Shown here one piece after another: positions 9,165 to 19,184 of a DNA stretch of 64,000 nucleotides. The position numbers and the translations under genes were made by a program. Below the pieces are notes generated by a model. It had not been told where the DNA came from and searched no databases. It saw nothing but the letters and a program-made list of their open reading frames with translations. Position 1 is the stretch's first letter; each line of letters begins with the position of its first letter. Source of the stretch: a virus (taxonomy: Duplodnaviria; Caudoviricetes); the IMG/VR virus record IMGVR_UViG_3300013102_000008, positions 1,501-65,500 of that record. One strand, 5' to 3'.

Positions 9165-10009
9165 TACCGCACCTCCTCGGATAGTATGAATTGCGTATAC
9201 GCGGTACAATTCGGATGTATCGAGTAGATATCGGTATCGGACGGTAAAAAGATTCCGACGCCTAATCCGTGACGATCCTCAGCCGCTTTCGCAACACACT
9301 TCGGACTATGACGCGCTCCTGGAATTAAGCGGAGAGCGGTAACGAATTTCGATTGTTCGGCTACGTATCCTATCGCGGTCCTGTATGCCGTGTTCGATTC
9401 CGTTAACGCGAGTCTCCGCGCTTTCCAATCCTCCGTAGCGTAAACGCCTTTAATATCGCGTACCATAGATGCCGTAGTGTCTCCGCGAATGACTCCGCGC
9501 CGAAGAACGTTACCCATTTCCGTGCGTTGATCGCCTGCAAACTGCCAGACACGATCGGACAACTTAAGTCCGTCGGGTCCCGTCTTCTCCGCTAGATAAG
9601 TCGCGAGGTTACGTGTAGTAGGTTGCTTACCGGTGAGTCCACGTAATACAACGCTCTCCGCTACTTGAGCGGTTAATATAAACGCAACGGATTCGCTTAG
9701 CGTAAATTGTATCGCTTCCGTGGTTCCGGTTAACGCTGCTTCCGCGCCTTCGTCCATAACCGTTAATAGCGAGGATTCCGCTCTTGTGCGTATCGATTTT
9801 TCTACGTGTTCCAAGTCTCGAAGTAGAGTGTTTAACCGCGCTTTACTAACGATATCGTTTTTATTCGCGTACTCCTCTAATAGATCGATAACTTGTAACC
9901 GTGTCTTACCGACTTCGCTAACAACGTATGCCTGCTGCTTAACCGCTAAGTCTAAATAGTCCGCGTGTAGTTTCGCTAATGCTTCGTTTAATTTACGCTC
10001 ATTTGTCAC
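9164..10009 (-). CDS. Minor capsid / head morphogenesis protein (SPP1 gp7 / Mu F-like)
   Basis: LSDRVW, ARRLALTESNTAY, HPNC motifs. Confidence 0.75.
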   Translation of the reverse strand: MTNERKLNEALAKLHADYLDLAVKQQAYVVSEVGKTRLQVIDLLEEYANKNDIVSKARLNTLLRDLEHVEKSIRTRAESSLLTVMDEGAEAALTGTTEAIQFTLSESVAFILTAQVAESVVLRGLTGKQPTTRNLATYLAEKTGPDGLKLSDRVWQFAGDQRTEMGNVLRRGVIRGDTTASMVRDIKGVYATEDWKARRLALTESNTAYRTAIGYVAEQSKFVTALRLIPGARHSPKCVAKAAEDRHGLGVGIFLPSDTDIYSIHPNCTAYTQFILSEEVR

Positions 10010-10404
10010 GTATAATCACGATCCAACCGCCGCATCACATGAAACGTTGAGTACTGGCGCTTGTTACGGTCAACTACGTCTCTATCGCGTACATAGTCCG
10101 CGGTTAATGACGTGACCATTGCGAGATATTGTTCGGATACTTTTGTCTTATCAACGGATTCTTCCGCGTCGGTGTATTTAAAGTAATGCGCAGTCGAGAA
10201 CGCAATGGCGCGCGCTCCCTGAATCTGCGCAAGTAATAAGACTAGCGGAGTCTCAACGTCAGGAACGGTATCTAGCGTAGTTGGCGAGTAACCGTAAATG
10301 TACGACGCCTCGGTTAACCACGCAGTCAAGTCCGTATCCGTTACGCCTGGGACTCCGCTAAATCGCGCGGCAAGACGTTGTTCCAATTCGTGTAAACTCG
10401 CCAC
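10006..10404 (-). CDS. Head-tail adaptor protein
   Basis: HYFKYTDAEESVDKTK motif; synteny after capsid. Confidence 0.6.
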   Translation of the reverse strand: MASLHELEQRLAARFSGVPGVTDTDLTAWLTEASYIYGYSPTTLDTVPDVETPLVLLLAQIQGARAIAFSTAHYFKYTDAEESVDKTKVSEQYLAMVTSLTADYVRDRDVVDRNKRQYSTFHVMRRLDRDYT

Positions 10405-10416
10405 ACTAACGCCTCC

Positions 10417-10635
10417 TTATTTGGTAGTCCGCTTAACCGGCGTTTTAGTCGGTTTAACTTCCGTTGGCTCCGTGGGTTTTACTTCCGGAACCTTCGTTAC
10501 CTGTTCGTCCAATATACGCACATATCCGATTCCTGCAAGGCGGTTCGCGGCATCCGTCCCTAAAACGATTACCGCGCCCTTTCCGTTGCCATCGACTACA
10601 GCGTCGAGGACTTCAACTTTTATCTTAGAGGACAT
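10417..10635 (-). CDS. Small capsid-associated protein with Pro/Thr/Lys-rich tail
   Basis: 72 aa, overlaps capsid stop; EVKPT repeat. Confidence 0.55.
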   Translation of the reverse strand: MSSKIKVEVLDAVVDGNGKGAVIVLGTDAANRLAGIGYVRILDEQVTKVPEVKPTEPTEVKPTKTPVKRTTK

Positions 10636-11650
10636 CTGCGTGTAAAATTAGGGATGGTACTTCGATGATCGGGAATCCTGCCGCGTAACCTTCGATGATA
10701 GAACGCAATGGGCGCTTCTCATCAACCGCGCGAACAACTAATCCAGGCTCGAAGTTTTCAGCTTCCGGATTTGGTCCGTAGTAGAAGTTACCAACGCCAT
10801 CCGCTAGGAATACAACGCGACCTGCAGGATAGAACACAACATCCTCGTCTTGGCCCGTATACACGTTACGAACGTTTGTCGTACGGTTCTTAACTACCTG
10901 AATCGTAGGTAATGCGAATCCTTCAAGAACGGAGTTAACCTCACCCGTTGCGATACGAGTCACGCCAGCAATTCCCGGACGTGCTTCGGAGATGATCGAC
11001 GCGTTTTTCGTAAGGTGCGCGAATACCTCTTGCGGCATTAGGATTACATCCGCAGATTTACCGTTGTTTGACTTCGAGTACAATTCGTTCCACTCGATAA
11101 GATCGCCGAGGATGTCCGCAGTAGCATCACTCCATGCATTTACTCCGGTACGAGCAATTTTGTGATTCGCAGGAATTTGGTAATCGAAGTTGATTTTTAC
11201 GTCACCCTTCGTATAATTCAGAACGCCGGTAGTCAACGCTTGAGCGCGTAGCACATCCGCGAAGTCTTGAATGCCCTCAACAATATCGACCGCTTTCTTC
11301 TCAAGTTGCGCAACCATTGCCGCTTTCTCACCGTTCGAGCGCGCCTGATTCAACGCCATCAATTCCTCAACTGTTGCGATGTACTGCAGACCGAACGCCG
11401 CAAGTGACCCGAATTTATGTGCTACCGCGTCGCGATCCATAACCGGAGGCTCCGCACCATATCCGATAAATGACGCTAGATGTTTCGTTTTCTTAATGAT
11501 GTCGTACGCGAATGTCGTGCTGTATACGTTAATGCTCGGCAGGAAGCGTTCACCAAATGTCGGAAACTCTTCGCGTAGTGCCGCGCTTTCGTCGATAAGC
11601 CCTCGTAGTGCTGGTTCTTGAAATTCGGATAGATGGACGATTCCACTCAT
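10625..11650 (-). CDS. Major capsid protein (lambda E / Phage_cap_E-like)
   Basis: 341 aa; AQALTTG, FDYQIPANHK, WSD..ADILGDL, YGPNPE, AAGFP motifs. Confidence 0.88.
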   Translation of the reverse strand: MSGIVHLSEFQEPALRGLIDESAALREEFPTFGERFLPSINVYSTTFAYDIIKKTKHLASFIGYGAEPPVMDRDAVAHKFGSLAAFGLQYIATVEELMALNQARSNGEKAAMVAQLEKKAVDIVEGIQDFADVLRAQALTTGVLNYTKGDVKINFDYQIPANHKIARTGVNAWSDATADILGDLIEWNELYSKSNNGKSADVILMPQEVFAHLTKNASIISEARPGIAGVTRIATGEVNSVLEGFALPTIQVVKNRTTNVRNVYTGQDEDVVFYPAGRVVFLADGVGNFYYGPNPEAENFEPGLVVRAVDEKRPLRSIIEGYAAGFPIIEVPSLILHADVL

Positions 11651-11695
11651 AATTATTTTCCTCCTAGGAAAGTTCGTATTTTTATTAGTTGGTTA

Positions 11696-12058
11696 TTATT
11701 CAGATACATAACGAATTAGCGGTGTAGCTGTTTTAAACTTCGCGGTCACACCTACGAGTTTTGCTTCGTATACCGATCCGCGTACAATCAGTTCGCCTAC
11801 GATAGTGTCGTTTACTCCGTTGTTTACAAAGTCAACGTTCAAGATTGCGAAGTCATCATATACACCTGCGTCAGTGAAAGGCTCGAACTTACCTGTTACT
11901 GCACTGTGTCCGAGTACTTGTCCTACATCAACGGTACCTACCACGAATTTTGTAGCGTCCATAGTACCGCCGACTTCCTTGAACTGTAGGTGCGTGCTTG
12001 CTAGAATGTTTTTACCGCCTTTAAATACGGTTTGTCCTGTTTGTAGTGAGTATGGCAT
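11696..12058 (-). CDS. Head decoration protein
   Basis: 120 aa, GKNILAS...GSVYEAKL; lies between scaffold and capsid genes. Confidence 0.7.
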   Translation of the reverse strand: MPYSLQTGQTVFKGGKNILASTHLQFKEVGGTMDATKFVVGTVDVGQVLGHSAVTGKFEPFTDAGVYDDFAILNVDFVNNGVNDTIVGELIVRGSVYEAKLVGVTAKFKTATPLIRYVSE

Positions 12059-12070
12059 TTTGTATTCCTC

Positions 12071-12649
12071 CTATTTTCTTTTTAATAGTTTTCTTGCTCT
12101 TTCCCGTGCTGCTTCGTACCCGCCGTCAGCTTTCGGTATTACTTCATTCTTCTTTCCGTTGCCCGGATTCGGATCGACTCCGCTAACCTTCGGCGGTATG
12201 TCCGCTTTGATCTCGTCAATCGACGCCTGCAACGCTTCTTCATCGTCACCACTTACAAATTTACCTACGCGGGTAATTTGATCCGCAGCATATCCGGCTT
12301 TAACGAGTAGTTGCGTTTTCAATGCGTCTACCTGCGCGACTTTTACATCTCCTTGAACGCGGACGAGTTCCGCTTGTGCCTTTTCATACAGCACCTTGTA
12401 TTCCTCTTTTTGTTCGAGTTGGATGCGCTGTGCTTCCGTATCTGTTGCGGCTTTCTCCGCATCAAACTTCGCTTGTTGTCGCGCTAACCTTTCCGCGATG
12501 ACTCGGTTCATTTCCGTTTGTTGTTCCGCAGTAAATTCCGTTTTAACCCCGGTATTTAACTTCGTCTCATTCGGATTTTCTTCGTCACCTTCCGCGAATA
12601 TTTGCAGATTAAGCGGATAGCGAAGCTTGCGTTTTATTACGTTCTTCAT
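12071..12649 (-). CDS. Capsid scaffolding protein
   Basis: PLNLQIFAE N-terminal motif, FTAEQQTEMNRVIAERLAR, coiled coil. Confidence 0.8.
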   Translation of the reverse strand: MKNVIKRKLRYPLNLQIFAEGDEENPNETKLNTGVKTEFTAEQQTEMNRVIAERLARQQAKFDAEKAATDTEAQRIQLEQKEEYKVLYEKAQAELVRVQGDVKVAQVDALKTQLLVKAGYAADQITRVGKFVSGDDEEALQASIDEIKADIPPKVSGVDPNPGNGKKNEVIPKADGGYEAARERARKLLKRK

Positions 12650-12734
12650 GCGTGTTACCTCCGTTTTAAAGTCGCGTCGACTATTTGTGTTAGTCCCGCG
12701 CCTTTTAGCGTCGTAAGCGTATTGGACGTGCGGA

Positions 12735-14255
12735 CTATTCCGCGGTTACATATGGATCAGTTTCGGTTCTTCGTTTCGCTACCTCTACGCTGATTTCCGC
12801 CTGTTTAGCGGCTACATTCTCGACGCCTAAACGTTGCATAGCGCCAACGATGGACTCGAAACCCGCGCCGGTTTCTAGCGTTAATAATTCGACTAGCGTT
12901 GCGCGATTATCCGGTAATGGTAAAACGAATTTAATTTCGTTGGTGTAATCGACAATCGCGCGAACAACCGATTTGTCATACGCGAACTTCGTACGGTCGG
13001 TACGCGCTTGTAGATATCGGATTGACTTCTCGTGTAACTCCGTTAACTTATCGTCCCATTCGAGCCAGTGTTCCTCGGTTTCTTGTATGATCGCCTGGAA
13101 TAATACGTGTAACGTATCTCCGTTAAGTCCTCCGAAGTTTAACTCCTGCGGTACTATATTCGGTAGCGACGTTACTTCGTGTAGCGCGCCCTTTAATCGG
13201 CTATATTGCGCATCGAATGCGGTCGACCAGCCGAATCCGCCTTCTATGCGCTTAACATCCGGTTTCGCTTCACCCTGTACATTCGAGTGAACGATTTCAA
13301 GTAGCGCTCCGGGCGCAATCTGTACTTTCTCCGCGGTTCCTGCCGGTACGTTAAGTAACGCGGTCATCGCGAACATTTCGAATTTCAACGCGTCAAGTGC
13401 GTCCTCGTTCGAAGAGTTGATAACGTCCGTAATCGTCCGCATAGCTTCGATCTCGCTTACGTCCATCTCTTCGCCGGATAGTCCGGGAACCGATATAACG
13501 ACTAGCGGAAGGAAGTCGAGTCCCATCGGTGCGCGCGCGGTAATTGTCCGATGTAAGTCGAGCGCCTCCGTGTACTCTGCATCTTCGTAATAACATTCGT
13601 AATCTCCGTTATCAAGCATTTCTAACGTAAATGATTCCTTGCGTATGAGCGTGCGTTGCGCTCCGTCAATACTGCGTTCGACCGTTGATACGAAGTGACC
13701 TCCGATTAACTGCGTCATATCGTCATCCGCGTATACCGGAACGAACTCCGCATCCGAACGCCATATCCAACGTAACTTACCGGTGGTAGCGTCAAAAACG
13801 AGTTTACATACGACGCGACGTGCTATTAAGTAGTCTCGCGCAGATTTAACTAACGCGGTACGCATCCGATTCTCACGCCATAGCTGATACAGTAGCGCTT
13901 CGTAACCGTCCGCTGTTTTGATAACGTCGGATGGCGCATCCTTACCGACCGGTACGTTGATACCGTGTTTACCGGACATTAACCATCGCGCTTTTTTGTC
14001 TACGAAGGACTTAAACATATTAACGTCGAGTCGCGTAGGATCGTAGTCGAGCCCGTTGGGCCTCGGCATATCGCGTCCGCTTACGAGTTGTCCCGTGTCC
14101 GGACTAACGTGCTGTTTACCGGCGTAGTATTCGTAATCGCGTAATTGACGGTTCATACGTTGCCAAGTCTGCGCGCCTAACGCTTGTTGTAACGGTGAGA
14201 ATATTAAGCGGTCGAGTTCGTCCGCGGATATAGTTGTATATGGTATAAGTTGCAT
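12735..14255 (-). CDS. Portal protein (SPP1-like)
   Basis: 506 aa; YEYYAGKQH motif; directly after terminase. Confidence 0.85.
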   Translation of the reverse strand: MQLIPYTTISADELDRLIFSPLQQALGAQTWQRMNRQLRDYEYYAGKQHVSPDTGQLVSGRDMPRPNGLDYDPTRLDVNMFKSFVDKKARWLMSGKHGINVPVGKDAPSDVIKTADGYEALLYQLWRENRMRTALVKSARDYLIARRVVCKLVFDATTGKLRWIWRSDAEFVPVYADDDMTQLIGGHFVSTVERSIDGAQRTLIRKESFTLEMLDNGDYECYYEDAEYTEALDLHRTITARAPMGLDFLPLVVISVPGLSGEEMDVSEIEAMRTITDVINSSNEDALDALKFEMFAMTALLNVPAGTAEKVQIAPGALLEIVHSNVQGEAKPDVKRIEGGFGWSTAFDAQYSRLKGALHEVTSLPNIVPQELNFGGLNGDTLHVLFQAIIQETEEHWLEWDDKLTELHEKSIRYLQARTDRTKFAYDKSVVRAIVDYTNEIKFVLPLPDNRATLVELLTLETGAGFESIVGAMQRLGVENVAAKQAEISVEVAKRRTETDPYVTAE

Positions 14256-14275
14256 AGCGTCCTCCCTTCGTGTGA

Positions 14276-16039
14276 TTAGCGCATCTTACGCGCGATTGTA
14301 CGTACGGATACTTTCGTTCCGGATAGCGCTGATACTGACATTTCGAGACTGTCCGGTAAATCGTCGTGTGTTCCAGTTCCGTATAACTCAAACTGTTCGA
14401 GTAATAACGCGTGTTTCCGGCTAAATTGTAATTCCTTGCGCTCAATCATCGGTAACAACATTTCGATACGCATTTCTTTACGTGACCGTTGATATATCTT
14501 CTTAAGACGCGAATGCGCCGGATATCCTACGCGAGTTAATTCCTTACCGAGTGTATCAACGAAGAACTCCTGAGCCGCCTGCGCTTCGGCTGCGATAACG
14601 TCCGGTTGCCAACGTAATACCTTCTCAACAATCACCGCGATAAACTTATCGGGATGCACGCGCTCACCATACGAATCGATTACGTATATTGTTCCGTTAA
14701 CACGATGCTTCGCCGTCGCTGTGATGGCGCTATAATCTCCGCGTGTCTTACCTAACGCGAAGTCAATTCCGAGTGATATTTCGTAATCATCAGTACTCCG
14801 CGGATAACTACCGAATGTTTCTAATTCGTGATGTCCGTCCCAATACGTAAATAACTCCGGATTGAATACCATATTTTCCTCATCTACCGGATTATTCATA
14901 TACTCCGTGTTAAACGCCTTACTTCCGTTATCCCATTTCCACGTAAACAACTTCCATATCGGCTGAACGTCCGGCCACAATACGACCGCGCCCGCATCCA
15001 TTTCCGTTTGGTTACCTTCGTAGAATGCCAGCGCGTCCTCTGCGCGTAATTCATTCTCGCGATCCACGTATATCAATCGGCATTGTTCCCACATGTCCAT
15101 ACGCGCAGGCCATTCGATAACCGCGCGGAATAGCTTCGTTTTAAAGTCCGACCGGCTTTCCATTACGTAGCGTAAAAGTGAATCGTGATGCACCATCGTT
15201 CCCATGTAGACTAGCGCGGTCTTCTTCCCCGCCGGATCGCCGAGTGGTACAACTACTTGCGTAAACCAGTCGCGCATTTCTGACCGTAGTAAATCCGTAT
15301 TCGTATTCTTTTTACCTTCAAGGTCATCGCAGATAATTAAATCCGGACGTACGCCGTTCCAGTTACGTCCACGTAGCGCTTGTCCCGTTGACGCTGCTTC
15401 TACTCGCGCTAATAACCGTTGTGTTCCGTCGTCGCGCGGTTCCCATGCGATAAACTCCGAACTATTGTCCTTCGGATTCTCCTGTTGCTTGACGGAGAGT
15501 AGCGGACCAAAGTCTGCGCGTAATTTAGCGTTAGATTTCAGTTGTAACGATAACCACTCCATATTGCCCGTTGATACTTGCGGAGTTTCCGATATAATAA
15601 TCGCGTATTTACGTTTACGGAATACAATCTCGCGTATCGGATTTCCCTTCGACAAGAACGATGATTTAGCGTGAGAACGCGGTGCCGCTACGGATACTTT
15701 AGCGTTAGTATGTACCGCAGACACATCGTCCATTATTGCGCATATTTCACGGTGAAACTCCGGTGCGTTTCCGATAGTCACCGGAATCCAGTTACCGTCG
15801 TTATCTGCGTTATAGTGATCTCCGAAGTATTCGTAGCAAAAGTATAGTAAATCGTTCTCCGCGCGATGTATCCGCTCTAAGCGTTCCAACTCCTCCGCCG
15901 TTTCGAATAACTCGCGTTGGATATCGTCGGGATAGGCGGCAACTTCCGCCAGGTCAACCGTGTCTATTACGCTTCTTAGTTGCGCAATTAATACGGCGCG
16001 TTCCGGACGTTTAATCCAGCGATTGTTTACCCATGCGAT
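14276..16039 (-). CDS. terL: Terminase large subunit (proposed ATC start at 16039)
   Basis: Walker A APRSHAKS, RPDLIICDDLE, GIDFALG, HDDLPDSLE; frame open 50 codons upstream of TTG 15889 to ATC 8 nt after GGGAGG. Confidence 0.92.
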   Translation of the reverse strand: MAWVNNRWIKRPERAVLIAQLRSVIDTVDLAEVAAYPDDIQRELFETAEELERLERIHRAENDLLYFCYEYFGDHYNADNDGNWIPVTIGNAPEFHREICAIMDDVSAVHTNAKVSVAAPRSHAKSSFLSKGNPIREIVFRKRKYAIIISETPQVSTGNMEWLSLQLKSNAKLRADFGPLLSVKQQENPKDNSSEFIAWEPRDDGTQRLLARVEAASTGQALRGRNWNGVRPDLIICDDLEGKKNTNTDLLRSEMRDWFTQVVVPLGDPAGKKTALVYMGTMVHHDSLLRYVMESRSDFKTKLFRAVIEWPARMDMWEQCRLIYVDRENELRAEDALAFYEGNQTEMDAGAVVLWPDVQPIWKLFTWKWDNGSKAFNTEYMNNPVDEENMVFNPELFTYWDGHHELETFGSYPRSTDDYEISLGIDFALGKTRGDYSAITATAKHRVNGTIYVIDSYGERVHPDKFIAVIVEKVLRWQPDVIAAEAQAAQEFFVDTLGKELTRVGYPAHSRLKKIYQRSRKEMRIEMLLPMIERKELQFSRKHALLLEQFELYGTGTHDDLPDSLEMSVSALSGTKVSVRTIARKMR

Positions 16040-16058
16040 AGTTATCGCCTCCCTTCCG

Positions 16059-16790
16059 TTATGATACCGCGCGGATTGCGTCGGTTATGCGTTGATTAGC
16101 GATAGCCACGTATTCAGGCTCGCGTTCAATTCCGATGAATTGGCGACCGGTGTTAATAGCGGCGACTGCGGTGGTTCCGGATCCGATACAGTTGTCTAGT
16201 ACAACTTCGCCGGCGTTCGTGTAGGTGTGAATTAAATATTCGAATAGCGCGACCGGTTTCTGCGTTGGATGTAACCCACGTTCAACACTAAAGTTAATAA
16301 CCGACTTCGGATACCCCGTCTTCAATTGTTCATATTCCTTGCGCACGCAATGCCCCAACTCGCTTGTATCTTTTTTTCGCTTACGGGAGAAATCTTGAAG
16401 TCCTTGTGGGTAGTAATTAAGTTTACCTTTACCAAACACACAGACGTCTTCATGGCTCTTTAATGGTTGTATTTTAGCTAACTGTGGATTGCTAATGGAT
16501 TTTTTATCCCAAACCCAGCAGTATTTAAAGTTTCCCATATTAGACGCAATTAATGCCGTGGTAAACGGCTGACTCGCAGTTAACACTATCGCGCCATTAC
16601 CTTTTATCACACGTTCGTACTCCGCCCACAGCGGTTCAAACGGTATAATCGTATCCCATTTACACGCGGTTGTACCGTAAGGTAAGTCGCAAAGTATCAT
16701 ATCAACGCTCTTGTCCGTTAGTTTCCGCATCTCTTCGAGCGTGTCACCCTGCGTTATTTTATTCAGGTATGTTTCGTTGATTATAGCCAA
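16059..16790 (-). CDS. DNA N6-A/N4-C methyltransferase (beta class), orphan
   Basis: DMILCDLPYG, HPTQKPV, VLDNCIGSGTT. Confidence 0.92.
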   Translation of the reverse strand: MAIINETYLNKITQGDTLEEMRKLTDKSVDMILCDLPYGTTACKWDTIIPFEPLWAEYERVIKGNGAIVLTASQPFTTALIASNMGNFKYCWVWDKKSISNPQLAKIQPLKSHEDVCVFGKGKLNYYPQGLQDFSRKRKKDTSELGHCVRKEYEQLKTGYPKSVINFSVERGLHPTQKPVALFEYLIHTYTNAGEVVLDNCIGSGTTAVAAINTGRQFIGIEREPEYVAIANQRITDAIRAVS

Positions 16791-16835
16791 TACCGCGTCG
16801 CCTCCTTCGCGTATTACATATGCTTCCGTAAATCT

Positions 16836-16928
16836 CCGTAAAATTAGCGTGCTATGACAATCCTACGTATTAATCCGAGTATTAGTTAGGTAACGTAGTA
16901 AAACGCCTATATCGCGGTAAATCTACGG
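16836..16928. repeat. 93-bp element with terminal inverted repeats; inverted copy at 54226-54319
   Basis: 16836-16854 is the exact reverse complement of 54301-54319; 16913-16928 matches the reverse complement of 54226-54241 at 14/16. Confidence 0.7.
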
Positions 16929-17589
16929 TGATTACGTAGAGTACCGAATATACGCGTAAATGTGATGCGGATTTACCGTGAAATCACCGCGAATTAGGCG
17001 ATTACATGCGATGGGTTACGTTTATGCTCCGTAAGTGCTAGACGCGGTGTAATGCGGTGAGATTACGGAGATTTACGCATGTACGACCGAGTGACTCCGA
17101 TTGTATAACGAGTGACTCCGCGAGTTGACGTAAGGGATACGTTGATTACGCATGGCTCCGTAAAAGTCAAAGTGATTTTTTAATACGCGGATGTTCCGGT
17201 CACCAGATTTAGAGGCGTTACCGGAGGGTACCGCCCCCCCTATCGCACGTTACCGCGTTAAAGCGTTGTACATGTGCACAAAATGCTGATTTTGTACGTA
17301 TGTCTGCGTCGTAACAATGGCGTAACCACGCGGATTCCTACGCTACCACTTCCGCACACTATCCGTTACTCACTATAAACCGTCGATATACACTGTTTAT
17401 GCATCGTATATACACGTAGATTGCGTTAATTTACCGCGTTGAAGCGTGAAAAGTTTCGGAGGGGCGCGCGTCAGAAACCGCGAGCAGGTAATTAGCGGAG
17501 ATACAACCGTAGAATATCGCTCAGTGTACGGTAGTGTGTGCCGCGTTGATATGCGTTCCTTCATTATATAGCGCCATAATCACGGCACC

Positions 17590-17976
17590 CTACACGTCTT
17601 CTCTTTTCGCATGTAATAGTTCTAACTTTGTACGTAGCGCGTCTATGTCGGTAATGCCGGTTCCTTTGTTATCTACCTCAATCTTATCCGTAAGCATGCC
17701 GTTGACTTGTAGAAGCAACTTCGCAGCCGCAGCGTTATGGTCGTTTACTACAGCATCTGTAAGGCTGGCTAACACTTCCGGCAATCTATTCATAGTCTCG
17801 CGTATAATTTCTTTCTTAAGTTCCTTATCAAACAGCGGATCCTTTATCCAATCATAGAGGGTACCACGTGTGACGCTGGCCTCTTCCGCAATCTCATTCA
17901 TAGTCTTGCCACCGCGTTTAGGTAATGCTAACCACTTCAATGCTATTAAATGATGCGCTTCAAGACGTTTGAGCAT
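17590..17976 (-). CDS. Terminase small subunit (phBC6A51-like HTH)
   Basis: HTH TMNEIAEEASVTRGTLYDWIKDPLF, AAAAKLLLQ; upstream of terL. Confidence 0.75.
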   Translation of the reverse strand: MLKRLEAHHLIALKWLALPKRGGKTMNEIAEEASVTRGTLYDWIKDPLFDKELKKEIIRETMNRLPEVLASLTDAVVNDHNAAAAKLLLQVNGMLTDKIEVDNKGTGITDIDALRTKLELLHAKREDV

Positions 17977-18185
17977 TTATATCATCTCCCTTCCGTTTAT
18001 ACTCCGGTACTACTACAACGCCTACATCGCGCGTATTCTACGTGTTTATCCTGCGCCTAGCTTCGTACGTGTTCCGCTGTTTACTAACGCTACCCTTCGG
18101 ACTATACAACGCAATAGTACACGTGATAATCAGTGTTGTTATCATACGTTTGATTACGCCCATTAACGTTAACCTCCGTTTCACA

Positions 18186-18416
18186 TTACGCAATTAATCC
18201 TACGTATACTGCGTCCTTATGCGCTACCTTCCGTAATACATCCGCTGTCCATACGTCACCACTCCGCTCACTATAATTACATATGATAACGTTAGGCCGC
18301 GTAGTTATATCGAGTGTGTCTCCGTATGCTACAACGCTTATGTTATCCGCGATTATATACTTGCGTAGATCCTCCGCTATTTCCTTCGATTGGGCTACGT
18401 ATAGGATTACGTACAT
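18186..18416 (-). CDS. Hypothetical protein
   Basis: GGAGG RBS, 76 aa. Confidence 0.6.
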   Translation of the reverse strand: MYVILYVAQSKEIAEDLRKYIIADNISVVAYGDTLDITTRPNVIICNYSERSGDVWTADVLRKVAHKDAVYVGLIA

Positions 18417-18434
18417 TATCGTGTACCTCCGTAT

Positions 18435-18611
18435 CTAATCGATGTTAATAAGTACCGTTGCCGGTCCGTAATGACCAACGTCCTCTCCGTCACTATTCGC
18501 AATAAAAACGTAATCCTCCGGTCCGTACACGTAATACTTGACGCCTTCTCTACGTGATAATTCGGCACTTAATTCATGCGTTGATACTTGCGTTAGATTA
18601 ACGTTACTCAT
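18435..18611 (-). CDS. BC1881-like small phage protein
   Basis: ATG 18611 with GGAGG; LTQVSTHELSAELSRREGV...GPATVLINID. Confidence 0.65.
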   Translation of the reverse strand: MSNVNLTQVSTHELSAELSRREGVKYYVYGPEDYVFIANSDGEDVGHYGPATVLINID

Positions 18612-19134
18612 TCGATAACCTCCGTTTATATACTTCAAGTACCTGCGCAAATGTTTCGCCAACAGTAGCGCTGAACATACGTTTAATATCCGTTAATTGA
18701 CCGATGCAGTTAATCATACGTATACCTCCGTTTGTATAACGTTAGTTCCCGTGGATTGTTGACAATCATCGCGAACCTAAGAGCCTGCCGCGTCACTGTC
18801 GTTCCTTGCCCTCTCCGCGTAAAGAAAGGGCGACGCGTCGAGATGTATTATTTAATACTATTTACTCGCGTAGATTTAAAACCACGCAATAGAATTGTAG
18901 TTTTACCATGCGTCGGATACGTCCCGGTCTTGGACGGATTCGAATCTTCGCGGAGTGTTCTTCTCCGTAATCACTAAGTGCTGTTAACAAGCGCAGTCCC
19001 AACGCTAGGCATACGTTAGGAAATACGCTTGTTACGGCACAAACGCGACTCCGCTATTCTATAAGATAAGAGAAGCTCGGAGCTAAAAACGGCTGTAACC
19101 CACGTCGCTCTAAGGCTGAGGTCACTTTTGAACT

Positions 19135-19183
19135 ATGCAGTATTTGCAACAAAACAGGGCTAAGAATGCAGTATTTGCAACAA
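19135..19183. repeat. Two 18-bp direct repeats ATGCAGTATTTGCAACAA (19135-19152, 19166-19183)
   Basis: Exact repeats with 31-bp period, each containing TGCA-N5-TGCA dyad; abut the RepL-like stop codon. Confidence 0.85.
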
Positions 19184-19184
19184 C

